The notes under the pieces were generated by a model. That model had not been told where the DNA came from. It did not search any database and saw nothing but the letters and a program-made list of their open reading frames with translations. Below are positions 37,598-48,015 of a stretch of DNA of 64,000 nt, one piece after another (the first letter of the stretch is position 1; every line of letters begins with the position of its first letter). The DNA is from Oceanispirochaeta sp. GTDB lineage: Bacteria > Spirochaetota > Spirochaetia > DSM-2461. The stretch is from assembly GCA_963663385.2 (NCBI GenBank), contig CAXXXD010000002.1, positions 1,312,001-1,376,000 of the forward strand. The letters run 5' to 3'. The translations under genes were made by a program, and so were the position numbers.

Positions 37598-38051
37598 AAT
37601 GACCAATGCAAAAATTACTGACTTGGATGCAGTATATAAGCTTTCGAATGACCCCGTTGTACGTTCCGTTTCTCTAACAACAGAACCTATCCCGTATAAG
37701 ACTCATTGTAATTGGTTTAAAAAGATACTGAAGGATACGAACTCTCTTTTTCTGGTTTTTCATGATCAGGAAAAGCTAGTAGCTCAGGTTCGATTCAATC
37801 GAATCTCTAATGATATTGCAGAAATTAGTATTAGTATATCTTCTGAATTCCGAGGGAAAGGTATAGGACAAACTGTAATGAATAACGCTATTGGGAGATT
37901 AGTTGAAACATGGCCGGTAAAAATAATACAGGCTATTACAAAGAAAGATAATCAAGTTTCTTTACGATATTTTCAAAAATGTGGTTACACCATTAAGAGC
38001 AGTCATGTATATAAAGATATTGATTGCTATTTACTAAGTTATAGTTTATAA
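37590..38051 (+). CDS. GNAT N-acetyltransferase (PseH-like)
   Basis: NDPVVR..H..WF, QVRF, EISISI, RGKGIG, N..S..YF.K.GY; overlaps the upstream stop. Confidence 0.8.
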   Translation: MLKMTNAKITDLDAVYKLSNDPVVRSVSLTTEPIPYKTHCNWFKKILKDTNSLFLVFHDQEKLVAQVRFNRISNDIAEISISISSEFRGKGIGQTVMNNAIGRLVETWPVKIIQAITKKDNQVSLRYFQKCGYTIKSSHVYKDIDCYLLSYSL

Positions 38052-38060
38052 GGTTCAAAG

Positions 38061-39101
38061 ATGAGTAATACGTTGATCATTGCAGAATTATCAGCTAATC
38101 ATGGAAATAAAATTCAAAATGCGATTGAAACAATTCGTGCTGCAAAAGATGCAGGGGCTGATGCAATAAAATTTCAGACTTATACGCCAGATACTTTAAC
38201 ATTGAATTGCGATAATGAATATTTTCAGATTAATCAGGGATCGCTTTGGGATGGTGAAACTTTTTACAAACTGTATCAAAAGGCCTCCACACCATGGGAA
38301 TGGCATGAAGAGTTATTTAAGTATGCCAGAAGTATTGATCTAATTCCATTTTCAACACCATTTGATGAAACAGCTGTTGATTTCCTTGAAGATTTAAATA
38401 ATCCAATTTATAAAATAGCCTCTTTTGAGATAGTTGATATTCCGTTGATTGAGTATGCGGCATCAAAAGGTAAGCCCATGATTATTTCTACGGGTATTGC
38501 AACTGAAACAGAAATCAAAGAAGCTGTTGAAGCCTGTAAAAGTCAAAAAAATACTGATATAACATTATTGAAATGTACTTCAGCATATCCAGCACCGCTA
38601 GAGGAAGCAAATTTGCTGACTATCGCTGATATGAAAGAACGGTTTAATGTAAAAGTTGGATTATCAGACCACTCTTTAGGTGATATAACAGCAATATCCG
38701 CAGTTGCCCTCGGAGCAAGTGTTGTTGAAAAACATTTTATTCTTGATCGTTCAATCGGAGGGCCGGATTCCGATTTCTCAATGATACCTGCTGATTTTGA
38801 GAATATGGTTAAAAAAATTAGATCCGTAGAAAAATGTCTGGGTAATGTAACCTATTCATTATCAGATAAAATGAAATCAAACCGTAAATTTTCCAGATCA
38901 TTATTTGCAGTTTCAGATATTAAAAAAGGAGACCTCTTTACGAAGGAGAATATTCGTTCAATACGGCCTGGCGATGGAATAAGTCCGAAGTATTTACCGC
39001 AATTACTTGGGCATTGCGCAATCAGGGATATTGAAAGAGGAACCCCTCTATTGGATACAGATTTAGATTCTATAAAAAGAGAAGAGAGTGATCAAACATG
39101 A
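38061..39101 (+). CDS. pseI: Pseudaminic acid synthase (NeuB family)
   Basis: IIAELSANHG, KFQTYTPDT, TPWEWH, YKIASFE, GLSDHS, EKHF, C-terminal SAF domain (RSIRPG). Confidence 0.88.
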   Translation: MSNTLIIAELSANHGNKIQNAIETIRAAKDAGADAIKFQTYTPDTLTLNCDNEYFQINQGSLWDGETFYKLYQKASTPWEWHEELFKYARSIDLIPFSTPFDETAVDFLEDLNNPIYKIASFEIVDIPLIEYAASKGKPMIISTGIATETEIKEAVEACKSQKNTDITLLKCTSAYPAPLEEANLLTIADMKERFNVKVGLSDHSLGDITAISAVALGASVVEKHFILDRSIGGPDSDFSMIPADFENMVKKIRSVEKCLGNVTYSLSDKMKSNRKFSRSLFAVSDIKKGDLFTKENIRSIRPGDGISPKYLPQLLGHCAIRDIERGTPLLDTDLDSIKREESDQT

Positions 39102-39850
39102 TTGAGAATAAGAAAATAGTTGCTATCATTGAAGCTAGGATGACATCTACCAGATTTCCGGGAAAGGTATTGAAGCCAATAGGTGACATTCCTGCATTGG
39201 ATTTCATGGTAAGGCGTGTAAGGGAAAGTAAATATATTGATGATGTAGTTGTTGCTTGCACTGTAAATCATGAAGATGAACCAATTAAATTGTATTGCGA
39301 TAAAAGTGGAATCTCTTATTATCGAGGAAGTGAAGATGATGTTCTGGAGAGAGTTCTTGACGCTGCAATACACTATTCAACTGATGTGATTGTAGAATTG
39401 ACTGGAGATTGTCCTTTTGTTGATCCCGATTTATTAGATCAGGTAATCTCTTTATATTTTGATAATGATGTTGATTATGCTTCAAATATAGTCAAACGTA
39501 CGTTTCCTGATGGCTGTGATATCCAGGTGTTCTCTGTAGATGCCTTAAAAAAAGTTGATAGCCTAACAGATGATCCAATCGCACGAGTTCATGTCTCTAG
39601 TTACTTCTACACAACAAAAGGAATTTTCTCTCTGGCAAATCTTGAAGCTCCTGCTGATTTTTTCTGGCCTGACTTGGGTCTCACACTAGATGAAGTTGAT
39701 GATTATAAATTCCTATGTGCTATTTTTGATAAAATTGGGAAATCAGTGGAAAGTTTCAGAATAAAAGATGTAATTGAGGTTTTAAGGAATAATCCAGATT
39801 TAATGTTAATTAATGATCATGTTAGGCGTAAATCTATTGAAGAGGGATAA
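39098..39850 (+). CDS. SpsF-like cytidylyltransferase
   Basis: IIEARMTSTRFPGKVL, RGSEDDVLER, TGDCP, LTLDE. Confidence 0.85.
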   Translation: MIENKKIVAIIEARMTSTRFPGKVLKPIGDIPALDFMVRRVRESKYIDDVVVACTVNHEDEPIKLYCDKSGISYYRGSEDDVLERVLDAAIHYSTDVIVELTGDCPFVDPDLLDQVISLYFDNDVDYASNIVKRTFPDGCDIQVFSVDALKKVDSLTDDPIARVHVSSYFYTTKGIFSLANLEAPADFFWPDLGLTLDEVDDYKFLCAIFDKIGKSVESFRIKDVIEVLRNNPDLMLINDHVRRKSIEEG

Positions 39851-40829
39851 GTTAAAAGCTGTAATTGTAGGATCTGGAAGAATTGGAGCGAGTTTTGATA
39901 CTCCGGATTCTGAATCCATACTGAGTCATGCACATGCATTTTCCAGTAATCAGGACATTATCTTATCAGCAATATTCGATATTGACTGTGATGCGAGCCA
40001 ATCTATGGCGGAAAGGTGGGGTTGTAGATCATATCAGGACTTTGAACTGATGATGGATACAGAGAAGCCGGATATTGTAAGTGTATGTGTTCCTGATGAA
40101 TATCACTATGAATATTTAAAGAAATTGGCTGGATACTCTCCAAGGATTATTCTGTCTGAAAAGCCCATTACAAAAAGAATCAGTGAATCTGAGGAGTTGC
40201 TGCAGTTATTCTCAGTCAGGGGAATCCCTGTTAATATAAACTATATAAGAAGATTTGATCCCTATATTATAAAAATACGTAATAACTTTACTTTAGGAAA
40301 ATTTGGTAAAGCCATTTCCGTAAATGCCGTTTATGGCAAGGGTCTGATGCATAATGGAACTCATCTTGTTGATTTCTTCAGATTCTTTTTTGGCGGTGTA
40401 CAATCTTTTAAAACCGGCTATTTCATAAACGATTATATTGATGATGATCCATCCATAGCTTTTGAAATGAAATGCGAAGTATGTGATAATATAACGGTAT
40501 CTGTTGTAGATTCTACCATCTATACAGCTTTTGAAATTCACATGTTTTTTGAAAAATGTAAAATCTCTTTATTGAAGGGTGGATTGGAAGCAGAATTCAC
40601 AGCCGTAGAGGAAGATCCGGTTTTCAATGGATATAAAGATCTTATAAATCCTAAGAAATTAAAAACCGGTTTAAATCGTTCTTTAGAGCATTATATCGAA
40701 AACTCAATTAATAGTATTACAAAAAAAGAAGTATTGAGATGTTCTATTGGGGATGCATTTGAAACACAAAAAATTTGTGATTATATATTGAATGAGTGGA
40801 GCAGAAACTATGAAAACTCTTGCAATTAA
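39813..40829 (+). CDS. Gfo/Idh/MocA family oxidoreductase
   Basis: IVGSGRIG, EKP, NYIRRF, HNGTH; start uncertain. Confidence 0.85.
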   Translation: MIMLGVNLLKRDKLKAVIVGSGRIGASFDTPDSESILSHAHAFSSNQDIILSAIFDIDCDASQSMAERWGCRSYQDFELMMDTEKPDIVSVCVPDEYHYEYLKKLAGYSPRIILSEKPITKRISESEELLQLFSVRGIPVNINYIRRFDPYIIKIRNNFTLGKFGKAISVNAVYGKGLMHNGTHLVDFFRFFFGGVQSFKTGYFINDYIDDDPSIAFEMKCEVCDNITVSVVDSTIYTAFEIHMFFEKCKISLLKGGLEAEFTAVEEDPVFNGYKDLINPKKLKTGLNRSLEHYIENSINSITKKEVLRCSIGDAFETQKICDYILNEWSRNYENSCN

Positions 40830-42123
40830 CGGAGGGAACCCGATTCGAAAAATATCCTTACCTTCGTATCAGGTCTTTAATGAAGAAGAAGCAAAATGCG
40901 CATATTATGTTGTAAAGTCAGGGATTCTTTCGGATTATCTAGGCTGTTGGGATTCGGCATTCTATGGTGGGGAACAGGTTCAGGCATTTGAAAAGGAATG
41001 GGCTGATTATTTCAAGTCAAAACATGCAGTAAGTGTTAATTCCAATACTTCGGGTATTATTACGGCACTCGGTGCTGTTGGTGTTGGACCGGGAGATGAA
41101 GTTATTGTCTCTCCATACTCAATGTCTATATCCGCTTCGGCACCTATCTTCTGGGGAGCGTTGCCTGTTTTTGCTGATATTGAACCTGATTATTTTTGTC
41201 TGAATCCAGATGATATAGAAAGAAAAATAACACCTAGAACAAAGGCAATAATTGTTGTTGATATATTCGGACAGCCATTTAATGTGGAAAGAATAAAGGA
41301 AATAGCTAAAAAGAATAATTTATATATTATTGAAGATTGCGCTCAGGCTCCTGGTGCAAAATATAATAATGAATTTGCTGGCACTTTAGGTGATATAGGT
41401 ATATTCTCCTTAAATTATCATAAGCATATCCATACAGGCGAGGGGGGGATGATCATTACGGATGATGATGATTTGGCTGTCCGGTGCCAGTTGATTCGGA
41501 ACCATGCTGAAACGGTAGTCGACGATATGGGATATCAGGGAAGTCCAGTTAACATGGTTGGCATGAATTTGCGAATGACGGAAATTGAAGCAGGGATTGG
41601 CAGAATACAGCTCTCCAAGTTGGATGGATTGCTCAAAAAAAGGCTAAATAATGTAAGGATGCTTGAAGAAGGTTTATCCGATCTGCCTTTTCTTACGATG
41701 CCGAAGATTCGGGATTCCGCGGAACATGCATACTATATTCATGTCATGAAATACGATGAGACATCGACCGGAGTTTCCAGAGCCGACTTTGTCGATGCTG
41801 TGAATTATGAATTGATGCCTGCCGGTAAAAATGACACCAGAAACAGCATGTTGTCTTGTGGATATGTCAAGCCATTATACCTGCAATCTTTGTATCAGAA
41901 TAAAACTGGGATAGGTAAGGCTTGTTATCCTTTTACAAATCCGGTATACGAAGATGTTTCATATACCAAAGGATTGTGTCCGGTAACGGAAGAGATGCAT
42001 TTTGAAAAAGTCATTATTAACGATCTGATCCATGCGTCTCTGACTGAATCCGATATGAAAGATATCATTGATGCATTTCACAAAGTTACTGATAATCTTG
42101 ATGAATTAAAACAACAGGTATAG
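40810..42123 (+). CDS. DegT/DnrJ/EryC1/StrS aminotransferase
   Basis: MKTLAINGG.P, IEDCAQAPGA, SLNYHKHIHTGEGG, NLRMTE. Confidence 0.9.
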   Translation: MKTLAINGGNPIRKISLPSYQVFNEEEAKCAYYVVKSGILSDYLGCWDSAFYGGEQVQAFEKEWADYFKSKHAVSVNSNTSGIITALGAVGVGPGDEVIVSPYSMSISASAPIFWGALPVFADIEPDYFCLNPDDIERKITPRTKAIIVVDIFGQPFNVERIKEIAKKNNLYIIEDCAQAPGAKYNNEFAGTLGDIGIFSLNYHKHIHTGEGGMIITDDDDLAVRCQLIRNHAETVVDDMGYQGSPVNMVGMNLRMTEIEAGIGRIQLSKLDGLLKKRLNNVRMLEEGLSDLPFLTMPKIRDSAEHAYYIHVMKYDETSTGVSRADFVDAVNYELMPAGKNDTRNSMLSCGYVKPLYLQSLYQNKTGIGKACYPFTNPVYEDVSYTKGLCPVTEEMHFEKVIINDLIHASLTESDMKDIIDAFHKVTDNLDELKQQV

Positions 42124-42132
42124 GGCAGTTTA

Positions 42133-43155
42133 TTGAGAAGAATATTTTTAGCTCATGATATAGGTGGAGCGGAACTGTTAGTCGCATATAAGGAATCAAG
42201 ATTTCCCAATGATTCATTTCTGTTTATATGTGATGGTCCCGCTGCGGAGTTGTTTTCGAACAAGAATATCCCCATATTGAGAATAGCTTCCGAAGAAGGT
42301 TTTCCTGTTACATTCAAAGAGATTGTTGAAGATTTCAGACCTCATGAAGCCTATTGCTCCACTGGATTGACGAAATATGAGACTGTCGCCATTAGAGAGT
42401 TGGTAAAACACGGCATCAAGACTACGGCTTTGGTCGAGCATTGGACGAATTATCGGGAACGATTCGGTTACCCGGCAGCGGACTGGAAAGAAAATCTGCC
42501 GGACCGTATCCTGTTTTTTGATGAACACGCGATAGAAATCGCAGAAAAGAACGGTTTTCCCAAAGACAGGATCTTTATTGAAGATAATCCATTGGTGGAA
42601 GAAAGGAAATTAATTTTCAATGGCAGACGCAGAAAGTCTAAGAATAGCGGAGAGCCCTTTGTCATTCTATACTTATCCGATTTGATTGCAGATAGTGCAT
42701 TGCAGAAGCATAACGATATCCAAGCATATGGTTTTACTGAAATCACCGTTTTTGATGATTTGATTGATGCAATAGAAGGCTGTGGACATTCGGATATAGA
42801 AATAGTCATCAGATGCCATCCCGCTGAAGAATCAGGGAAATTTGATGATTATGTCGCTGGTAATGTTGCAATTTCCAGTGATAAGGATCTGCTTGAAGAT
42901 ATTGCTAATGCCGATATTTGCGTAGGTTCATTCACTTCTGCTCTTGTTACAGCCTGTCATATGGGAACTGTATCCTGTTCATATATGCCGAATGCCAATC
43001 ATGATAATCTTCTGGAAGGAATGGATATCAGCCATTTACCCGGAATCCATGTCTTTGACAATGTAAAAGCTTTAAGGCTGTTCATAAAAGGTCAATTAAA
43101 CTTGTCCGAACAAATCGAAAATAATAATTCAAAGGGAACAGTGGAGATAAAATGA
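42133..43155 (+). CDS. Putative GT-B-like transferase (possible nonulosonate transferase)
   Basis: AHDIGGAE, EHWTNY..RF, NP, RCHPAE, SALV; located in the glycan cluster. Family assignment tentative. Confidence 0.5.
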   Translation: MRRIFLAHDIGGAELLVAYKESRFPNDSFLFICDGPAAELFSNKNIPILRIASEEGFPVTFKEIVEDFRPHEAYCSTGLTKYETVAIRELVKHGIKTTALVEHWTNYRERFGYPAADWKENLPDRILFFDEHAIEIAEKNGFPKDRIFIEDNPLVEERKLIFNGRRRKSKNSGEPFVILYLSDLIADSALQKHNDIQAYGFTEITVFDDLIDAIEGCGHSDIEIVIRCHPAEESGKFDDYVAGNVAISSDKDLLEDIANADICVGSFTSALVTACHMGTVSCSYMPNANHDNLLEGMDISHLPGIHVFDNVKALRLFIKGQLNLSEQIENNNSKGTVEIK

Positions 43156-43706
43156 GTACAATTTTTATATCGGGTGATTCAGTGAATCTGTGTATCCTCG
43201 AAGAATGGGCGCTCGACGGCTCCTATGTTCATTGGTTGAACGATCCTGAGATCTGTCAATTCAATTCCCACCATGTTTTTCCGAATGAGAAGAGCCGGAT
43301 GCATGATTTTATCAAATCGCTGGAGATGAACAGAAGTCAGATCGTCCTGGCTATCTGCCTTAAAGATTCGGGACTTCATGTCGGTAATATTTCTCTTCAG
43401 GGAATAGATCTGATAACTCGTTGCGCCGAGTTTGCAATTATTTTGGGAGAGAGAAGTTCCTGGGGGAAGGGAATAGCCTCTGAAGCTTCACGACTACTGC
43501 TCAATCATGGTTTTATGGAATTGGGCCTCAATAGGATTCATTGCGGCACATCCGATAAAAACGTGGGGATGCAAAAGCTTGCTGAAGCACTGGGCATGAA
43601 GCTTGAGGGCAGAAGAAGGGAAGCATTGTTTAAGCATGGTGAATTCAACGATATCCTGGAATACGGGATCTTGAAATCTGAATACTTCGACATAAAAGGA
43701 AAATGA
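43152..43706 (+). CDS. GNAT N-acetyltransferase (RimJ/RimL type)
   Basis: YVHWLNDPE, HVGNISL, WGKGIA, N.GM.KL..LGM..EG. Confidence 0.87.
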   Translation: MSTIFISGDSVNLCILEEWALDGSYVHWLNDPEICQFNSHHVFPNEKSRMHDFIKSLEMNRSQIVLAICLKDSGLHVGNISLQGIDLITRCAEFAIILGERSSWGKGIASEASRLLLNHGFMELGLNRIHCGTSDKNVGMQKLAEALGMKLEGRRREALFKHGEFNDILEYGILKSEYFDIKGK

Positions 43707-43713
43707 GGCCGGC

Positions 43714-45486
43714 GTGCGATTAGTTTTTGCAAATAGATCTTTCAGCAGACATGAAATAAAAGACGATTCGGCAATCGTCCCTTTATCCGCAGGGGCGATG
43801 AAGTCGGTTATCGATAACGAACTGGATTATATCAGAATAGAGGACTATATCCGTTCGGATTATTCTGAAAAAGACAGAGAGGCATTATGGAGTATTTTCA
43901 GATCATTATTTGAAAAAGGCGATGAAATTGTCAGCATCGTTCATAAGGACGCTAGGCTGCGTCTGTTCGGCCCTTTCAGCCTTTTTGCTATGAAACTGAG
44001 AGTCAACTGGGAAACCAGAATCCACTTTTTTTGTGCTTTTCTGGATATGATTGAGCAGATCAAACCCGATAGTCTACATTTCTGGGGAGAGTGCGACGCT
44101 CAGGAGGATTACCAGCCCCATTCTCCCAATTCCAGATTCTCATCGAATATGTATGTATCTTTGCTTGCAGAGCTGGCAAAGCGATATCATATTTCTCTGG
44201 AAATTGATAATACAGCTATATTAAAGAAGGATGAAGTAGTAAAAATTTCATTGAAGCAGATCTTGATTACAAAAATGAAATATCTGTTTAAAGATATTAA
44301 AATATTAAACCGGAATAGAGTTATAATCAAGGAAACGGGTATTCCCAAAATAAAGGCGAGAGCCGTTTTTCTTCAAACCACCTGGGGAGTATATTATTAT
44401 TCACAATTCTTTAAAAAGATAAGAATAGCCAGCAAATTCAGATATTCTCCTCAAACAGAGACAGGCTTTTCATATGAATATAATTCTATGCAGCCGATCG
44501 TTAACAAATTGAATGAATTATTTTCCACAGATGTGTCTTTTATTATCTCGGAAGTCCTCAATTCTTTTTCCGGAATCATTCCTGTGGAAGTGGAAAAAGC
44601 TACTGCCATAGAAAAGAAACTTCTGTCTTTGAAAGCCGATTATTTATTCTATACGAATCCGTCGGAAGATATTCTGCCCTTATTGATGGCTGCGAAATGG
44701 AATAAAGAAATCAGGACGGTATGCAAATCTCACGGAGATAGTGTTTTTGATCTGACGCTGTGGAGGGAGAACGAATTTAAACCTGCATCGGTTTATTTGA
44801 CAGAGTTTGCCGAATTCGGAGAATATTGCGCCGATATGATTGCGCGAACTGATTATGGAACTCTGGTGTTAAGCGATGCGATACGCTTGCAGAAGAATAT
44901 TCCTTCTGATAAATCAGAAAAATCAAAACCGAGACTGATTTATGTCCCCGGTTTATTCGATACGCATCAGACGATAGATCGGACTGACATTCCCATACCC
45001 CTTTACTATAGAATTCAGTTTCAGATCCTTGAAGCACTGAATGGCTGTAAAGATTTTCAGGTCGTATATAAGTGCTTGCCCGGAGCGAATGATCATTATC
45101 ATGAACCCATTCCTGAAATCATAAATGAAAAGTTTAAAAATATTACTGTATCCAGGAACACGATGGATTTTGAACTGAAATCTGCCGATTATTGCCTCTT
45201 TGATACGCCTTCCTCGGCGATGTGGGATTCAATAAATCACCGAGTTAAGTGTAAATCGCTGTTGTGGAAAGAATTAGTGGTTAGGGAAACAGCGCTTGAG
45301 TATTATGGCGAATACATTGAACCATTCAATTCGGATCTTGATGTCGCAGAGAAAGTTAATCGTATTATCGCGGAGATGGACTTTCGCAGCATATCAGAGC
45401 ATAGTGCGGAGATATTAAAAAAAACAACGAGAGAAATCGCACTTTTTTTTAAAAATGCAGTGATTGAGAATCTCGCGTCCAAATGA
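43714..45486 (+). CDS. Hypothetical glycan-biosynthesis protein (possible transferase)
   Basis: 590-aa ORF in operon orientation; SHG, YK..P and DTPSS motifs reminiscent of GT-B capsule transferases. Confidence 0.5.
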   Translation: MRLVFANRSFSRHEIKDDSAIVPLSAGAMKSVIDNELDYIRIEDYIRSDYSEKDREALWSIFRSLFEKGDEIVSIVHKDARLRLFGPFSLFAMKLRVNWETRIHFFCAFLDMIEQIKPDSLHFWGECDAQEDYQPHSPNSRFSSNMYVSLLAELAKRYHISLEIDNTAILKKDEVVKISLKQILITKMKYLFKDIKILNRNRVIIKETGIPKIKARAVFLQTTWGVYYYSQFFKKIRIASKFRYSPQTETGFSYEYNSMQPIVNKLNELFSTDVSFIISEVLNSFSGIIPVEVEKATAIEKKLLSLKADYLFYTNPSEDILPLLMAAKWNKEIRTVCKSHGDSVFDLTLWRENEFKPASVYLTEFAEFGEYCADMIARTDYGTLVLSDAIRLQKNIPSDKSEKSKPRLIYVPGLFDTHQTIDRTDIPIPLYYRIQFQILEALNGCKDFQVVYKCLPGANDHYHEPIPEIINEKFKNITVSRNTMDFELKSADYCLFDTPSSAMWDSINHRVKCKSLLWKELVVRETALEYYGEYIEPFNSDLDVAEKVNRIIAEMDFRSISEHSAEILKKTTREIALFFKNAVIENLASK

Positions 45487-45535
45487 AAATGAATCGCGAA
45501 AAAGCCAAGTGGCAGCGATAGTCCAGGAGCATTGA

Positions 45536-47080
45536 TTGAGCATTAAAAGATCATTCTTTTCAAATTATATAAAAATTTATTTCTGGCAGGGATTGGCCAT
45601 ATTTTTCGGTTTCCTGACAATGTTTATTGTCACGCCTTTCCTTTCCAGTAATAAATCCGTGTTCGGAATCTATTCCGTATGCATCTCCGTTTCAGTTTTT
45701 CTTTCCTATGCGGATCTGGGTTTTTTAGGAGCCGGTCAGAAATTCGCCGCCGAAGAATATGCAAGAGGAAATTTAAAAAAAGAAAGGGAAATCGTCGGCT
45801 TTACAGGTTTCATTCTGTTTGTTTTTGTTATCATATGCGCTCTAACATTCTTATATCTGAGCATAAACCCGCAGATCATTCTTTCAAACATAAGTTTGAA
45901 AGAAAAGGCTATCGCATCAAAGTTACTGGGTATTTTATCGATCGCAGCATTCATTACGGTATTGCAGCGAGTGGCTCAAATGATCTACAGCATCAGAATT
46001 GAAGAATATATTTTCCAACGATTGATGATTGCGGGAAATTTTGTCAAGTTGTTATCAGTTTATTATTTTTTCCGTAAATCGAACTACGATATCGTCGGCT
46101 ATTTCGCATTCGTGCAACTCACCAATTTCACAGCAATTACCATATCATTAGTCATCGCCAATCGCAGGTACAAATATAAAGTTCTCAATTTGATTAGATC
46201 GATTAAATTCAAAAAGGATATCTTCAGTAAAACTAAGAATCTTGCATTCAGCAGTTTGTTTATGACCGTGTCCTGGCTGTTGTACAATGAATTGGACAAT
46301 TTTGTCATTGGGAAGGTTTTGGGTCCGGATAAAGTCGCTATTTATGCCCTCGGCTTATCCATGATGACTTTCTTCCGATCTTTTTTCGGCGGCTTTTTTT
46401 CTCCTTTCTTAAGCAGATTCAATCACTATATAGGAATAGATGATTCCGAAGGTTTGAAACAGACTTTCACCCAACTCGTCCAGTTCACATTTCCCGTTGT
46501 CGTTTTTACTGTGACCACCTTGTTGATACTCACTGAACCTTTGGTTTTCACATGGGTCGGTCCTGGCTATGAAATGTCCGTCGGCATAATGCGTTTTTTG
46601 ATTTCATGTAATATTTACTCTTTCATTACTTATCCCGCATCGATACTTCTTGTTTCCCAAGAGAGAATCAAGGCATTATATATCATGGGAATGGCGATGC
46701 CAGTGATTTATTGGCTGGGTATCGCTTTAACTTTTCCGATACTGGGATTAAAAGCATTTTCCTTATTCAAATTCGTCGCGGCGAGTATCACTGCTGTGAT
46801 TTATCTGTATATCATCATTAAATATCTCAATATCAGTTTGAAGAATTTTATCGAAAAAAATATCCTAAGCAGCGTTTTACCTTTGGCTGCTATGAGTTCC
46901 GTATTGCTGGCAGTCAGAGGCTTCCTGCCGATAACCAAAGGCAAATTGGAAATGCTGGCGGTCGTCGCGACCGGCGCCAGCGTGGCCGTTTTTTTCATCG
47001 TGATCACATTCTTGATCAATAAGGACTTGAGGATTAGGATTCTTGATGTCATAAGAAACAGAAAGGCTAAATCACTTTGA
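45536..47080 (+). CDS. wzx: Oligosaccharide flippase (Wzx)
   Basis: About 12-14 TM segments, FGIYS..DLGF, LDNFVIG..VAIY. Confidence 0.82.
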   Translation: MSIKRSFFSNYIKIYFWQGLAIFFGFLTMFIVTPFLSSNKSVFGIYSVCISVSVFLSYADLGFLGAGQKFAAEEYARGNLKKEREIVGFTGFILFVFVIICALTFLYLSINPQIILSNISLKEKAIASKLLGILSIAAFITVLQRVAQMIYSIRIEEYIFQRLMIAGNFVKLLSVYYFFRKSNYDIVGYFAFVQLTNFTAITISLVIANRRYKYKVLNLIRSIKFKKDIFSKTKNLAFSSLFMTVSWLLYNELDNFVIGKVLGPDKVAIYALGLSMMTFFRSFFGGFFSPFLSRFNHYIGIDDSEGLKQTFTQLVQFTFPVVVFTVTTLLILTEPLVFTWVGPGYEMSVGIMRFLISCNIYSFITYPASILLVSQERIKALYIMGMAMPVIYWLGIALTFPILGLKAFSLFKFVAASITAVIYLYIIIKYLNISLKNFIEKNILSSVLPLAAMSSVLLAVRGFLPITKGKLEMLAVVATGASVAVFFIVITFLINKDLRIRILDVIRNRKAKSL

Positions 47081-47121
47081 TCATAGTTCTGTTTCTAGAA
47101 AAGCTTGAGTAAGGAAGTTAC

Positions 47122-48015
47122 ATGAAAATCATTATTACAGGGTCATCTGGTTTTATCGGCTCAAACCTTGTCAAGAAATATATCGACGGCAACAGCGTCA
47201 TAGGATTCGACATTATGCCGAATCCCATATCTTCCGGGAATTTTGAACACATAGGATTCAATATCCATGATCTGGAACAGGTTATCGTCCGGTATAAGCC
47301 AGATCTTTTGATTCATTGCGCCGGCAATGCAGATATACAAAGGTCCATTTCAGATCCGCGATTCGATTTTTCAGCAAATGTGGATTTACTTTCCCAGATA
47401 TTGGATATACTGAGAAAGAATGATAGTAAAACACGCTTTATCAATTTATCCTCAGCAGCCGTCTACGGCAATCCTGAGGAACTCCCAATTAGAGAGAGCG
47501 ATACCCCCGAACCGATCAGTACATACGGTTTTCATAAGCATATCGGTGAAAAAATGTGCACCATGTACAAGCAATTATATGGACTGAGAACCTCATCCAT
47601 TCGCATCTTTTCGGTTTACGGCACGGGATTCAAAAGACAGGTCATTTGGGATATGTCAAGAAAGATTGTGAACCATGCTGATCTGGTATTATTCGGAACC
47701 GGAAACGAATCGAGGGATTTCATCCATATCGAAGATCTTGTTGATGCGATTGATCTTATTGCGAACGATCCCAACGAGGAAGACGTTTATAATGTTGGAA
47801 CGGGACAGGAAATCACGATCAGGGAGCTGACAAATCTTTTTAATGTTGCCATGGGCAAAGACTGCCGCTGGTCCTTCAATAACCAGACGAGAAAGGGTGA
47901 TCCTGTGAATTGGTGTTCTTCCATCCGGAAGATCCAAAACCTCGGATTCAAACAGAAAATAAGCATAGAGAACGGAATAAAGGAGATATATGAATGGTCG
48001 AAGACTATAAAGTAA
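47122..48015 (+). CDS. NAD-dependent epimerase/dehydratase
   Basis: GSSGFIG, SSAAVYG, YGFHK, RDFIHI. Confidence 0.88.
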   Translation: MKIIITGSSGFIGSNLVKKYIDGNSVIGFDIMPNPISSGNFEHIGFNIHDLEQVIVRYKPDLLIHCAGNADIQRSISDPRFDFSANVDLLSQILDILRKNDSKTRFINLSSAAVYGNPEELPIRESDTPEPISTYGFHKHIGEKMCTMYKQLYGLRTSSIRIFSVYGTGFKRQVIWDMSRKIVNHADLVLFGTGNESRDFIHIEDLVDAIDLIANDPNEEDVYNVGTGQEITIRELTNLFNVAMGKDCRWSFNNQTRKGDPVNWCSSIRKIQNLGFKQKISIENGIKEIYEWSKTIK

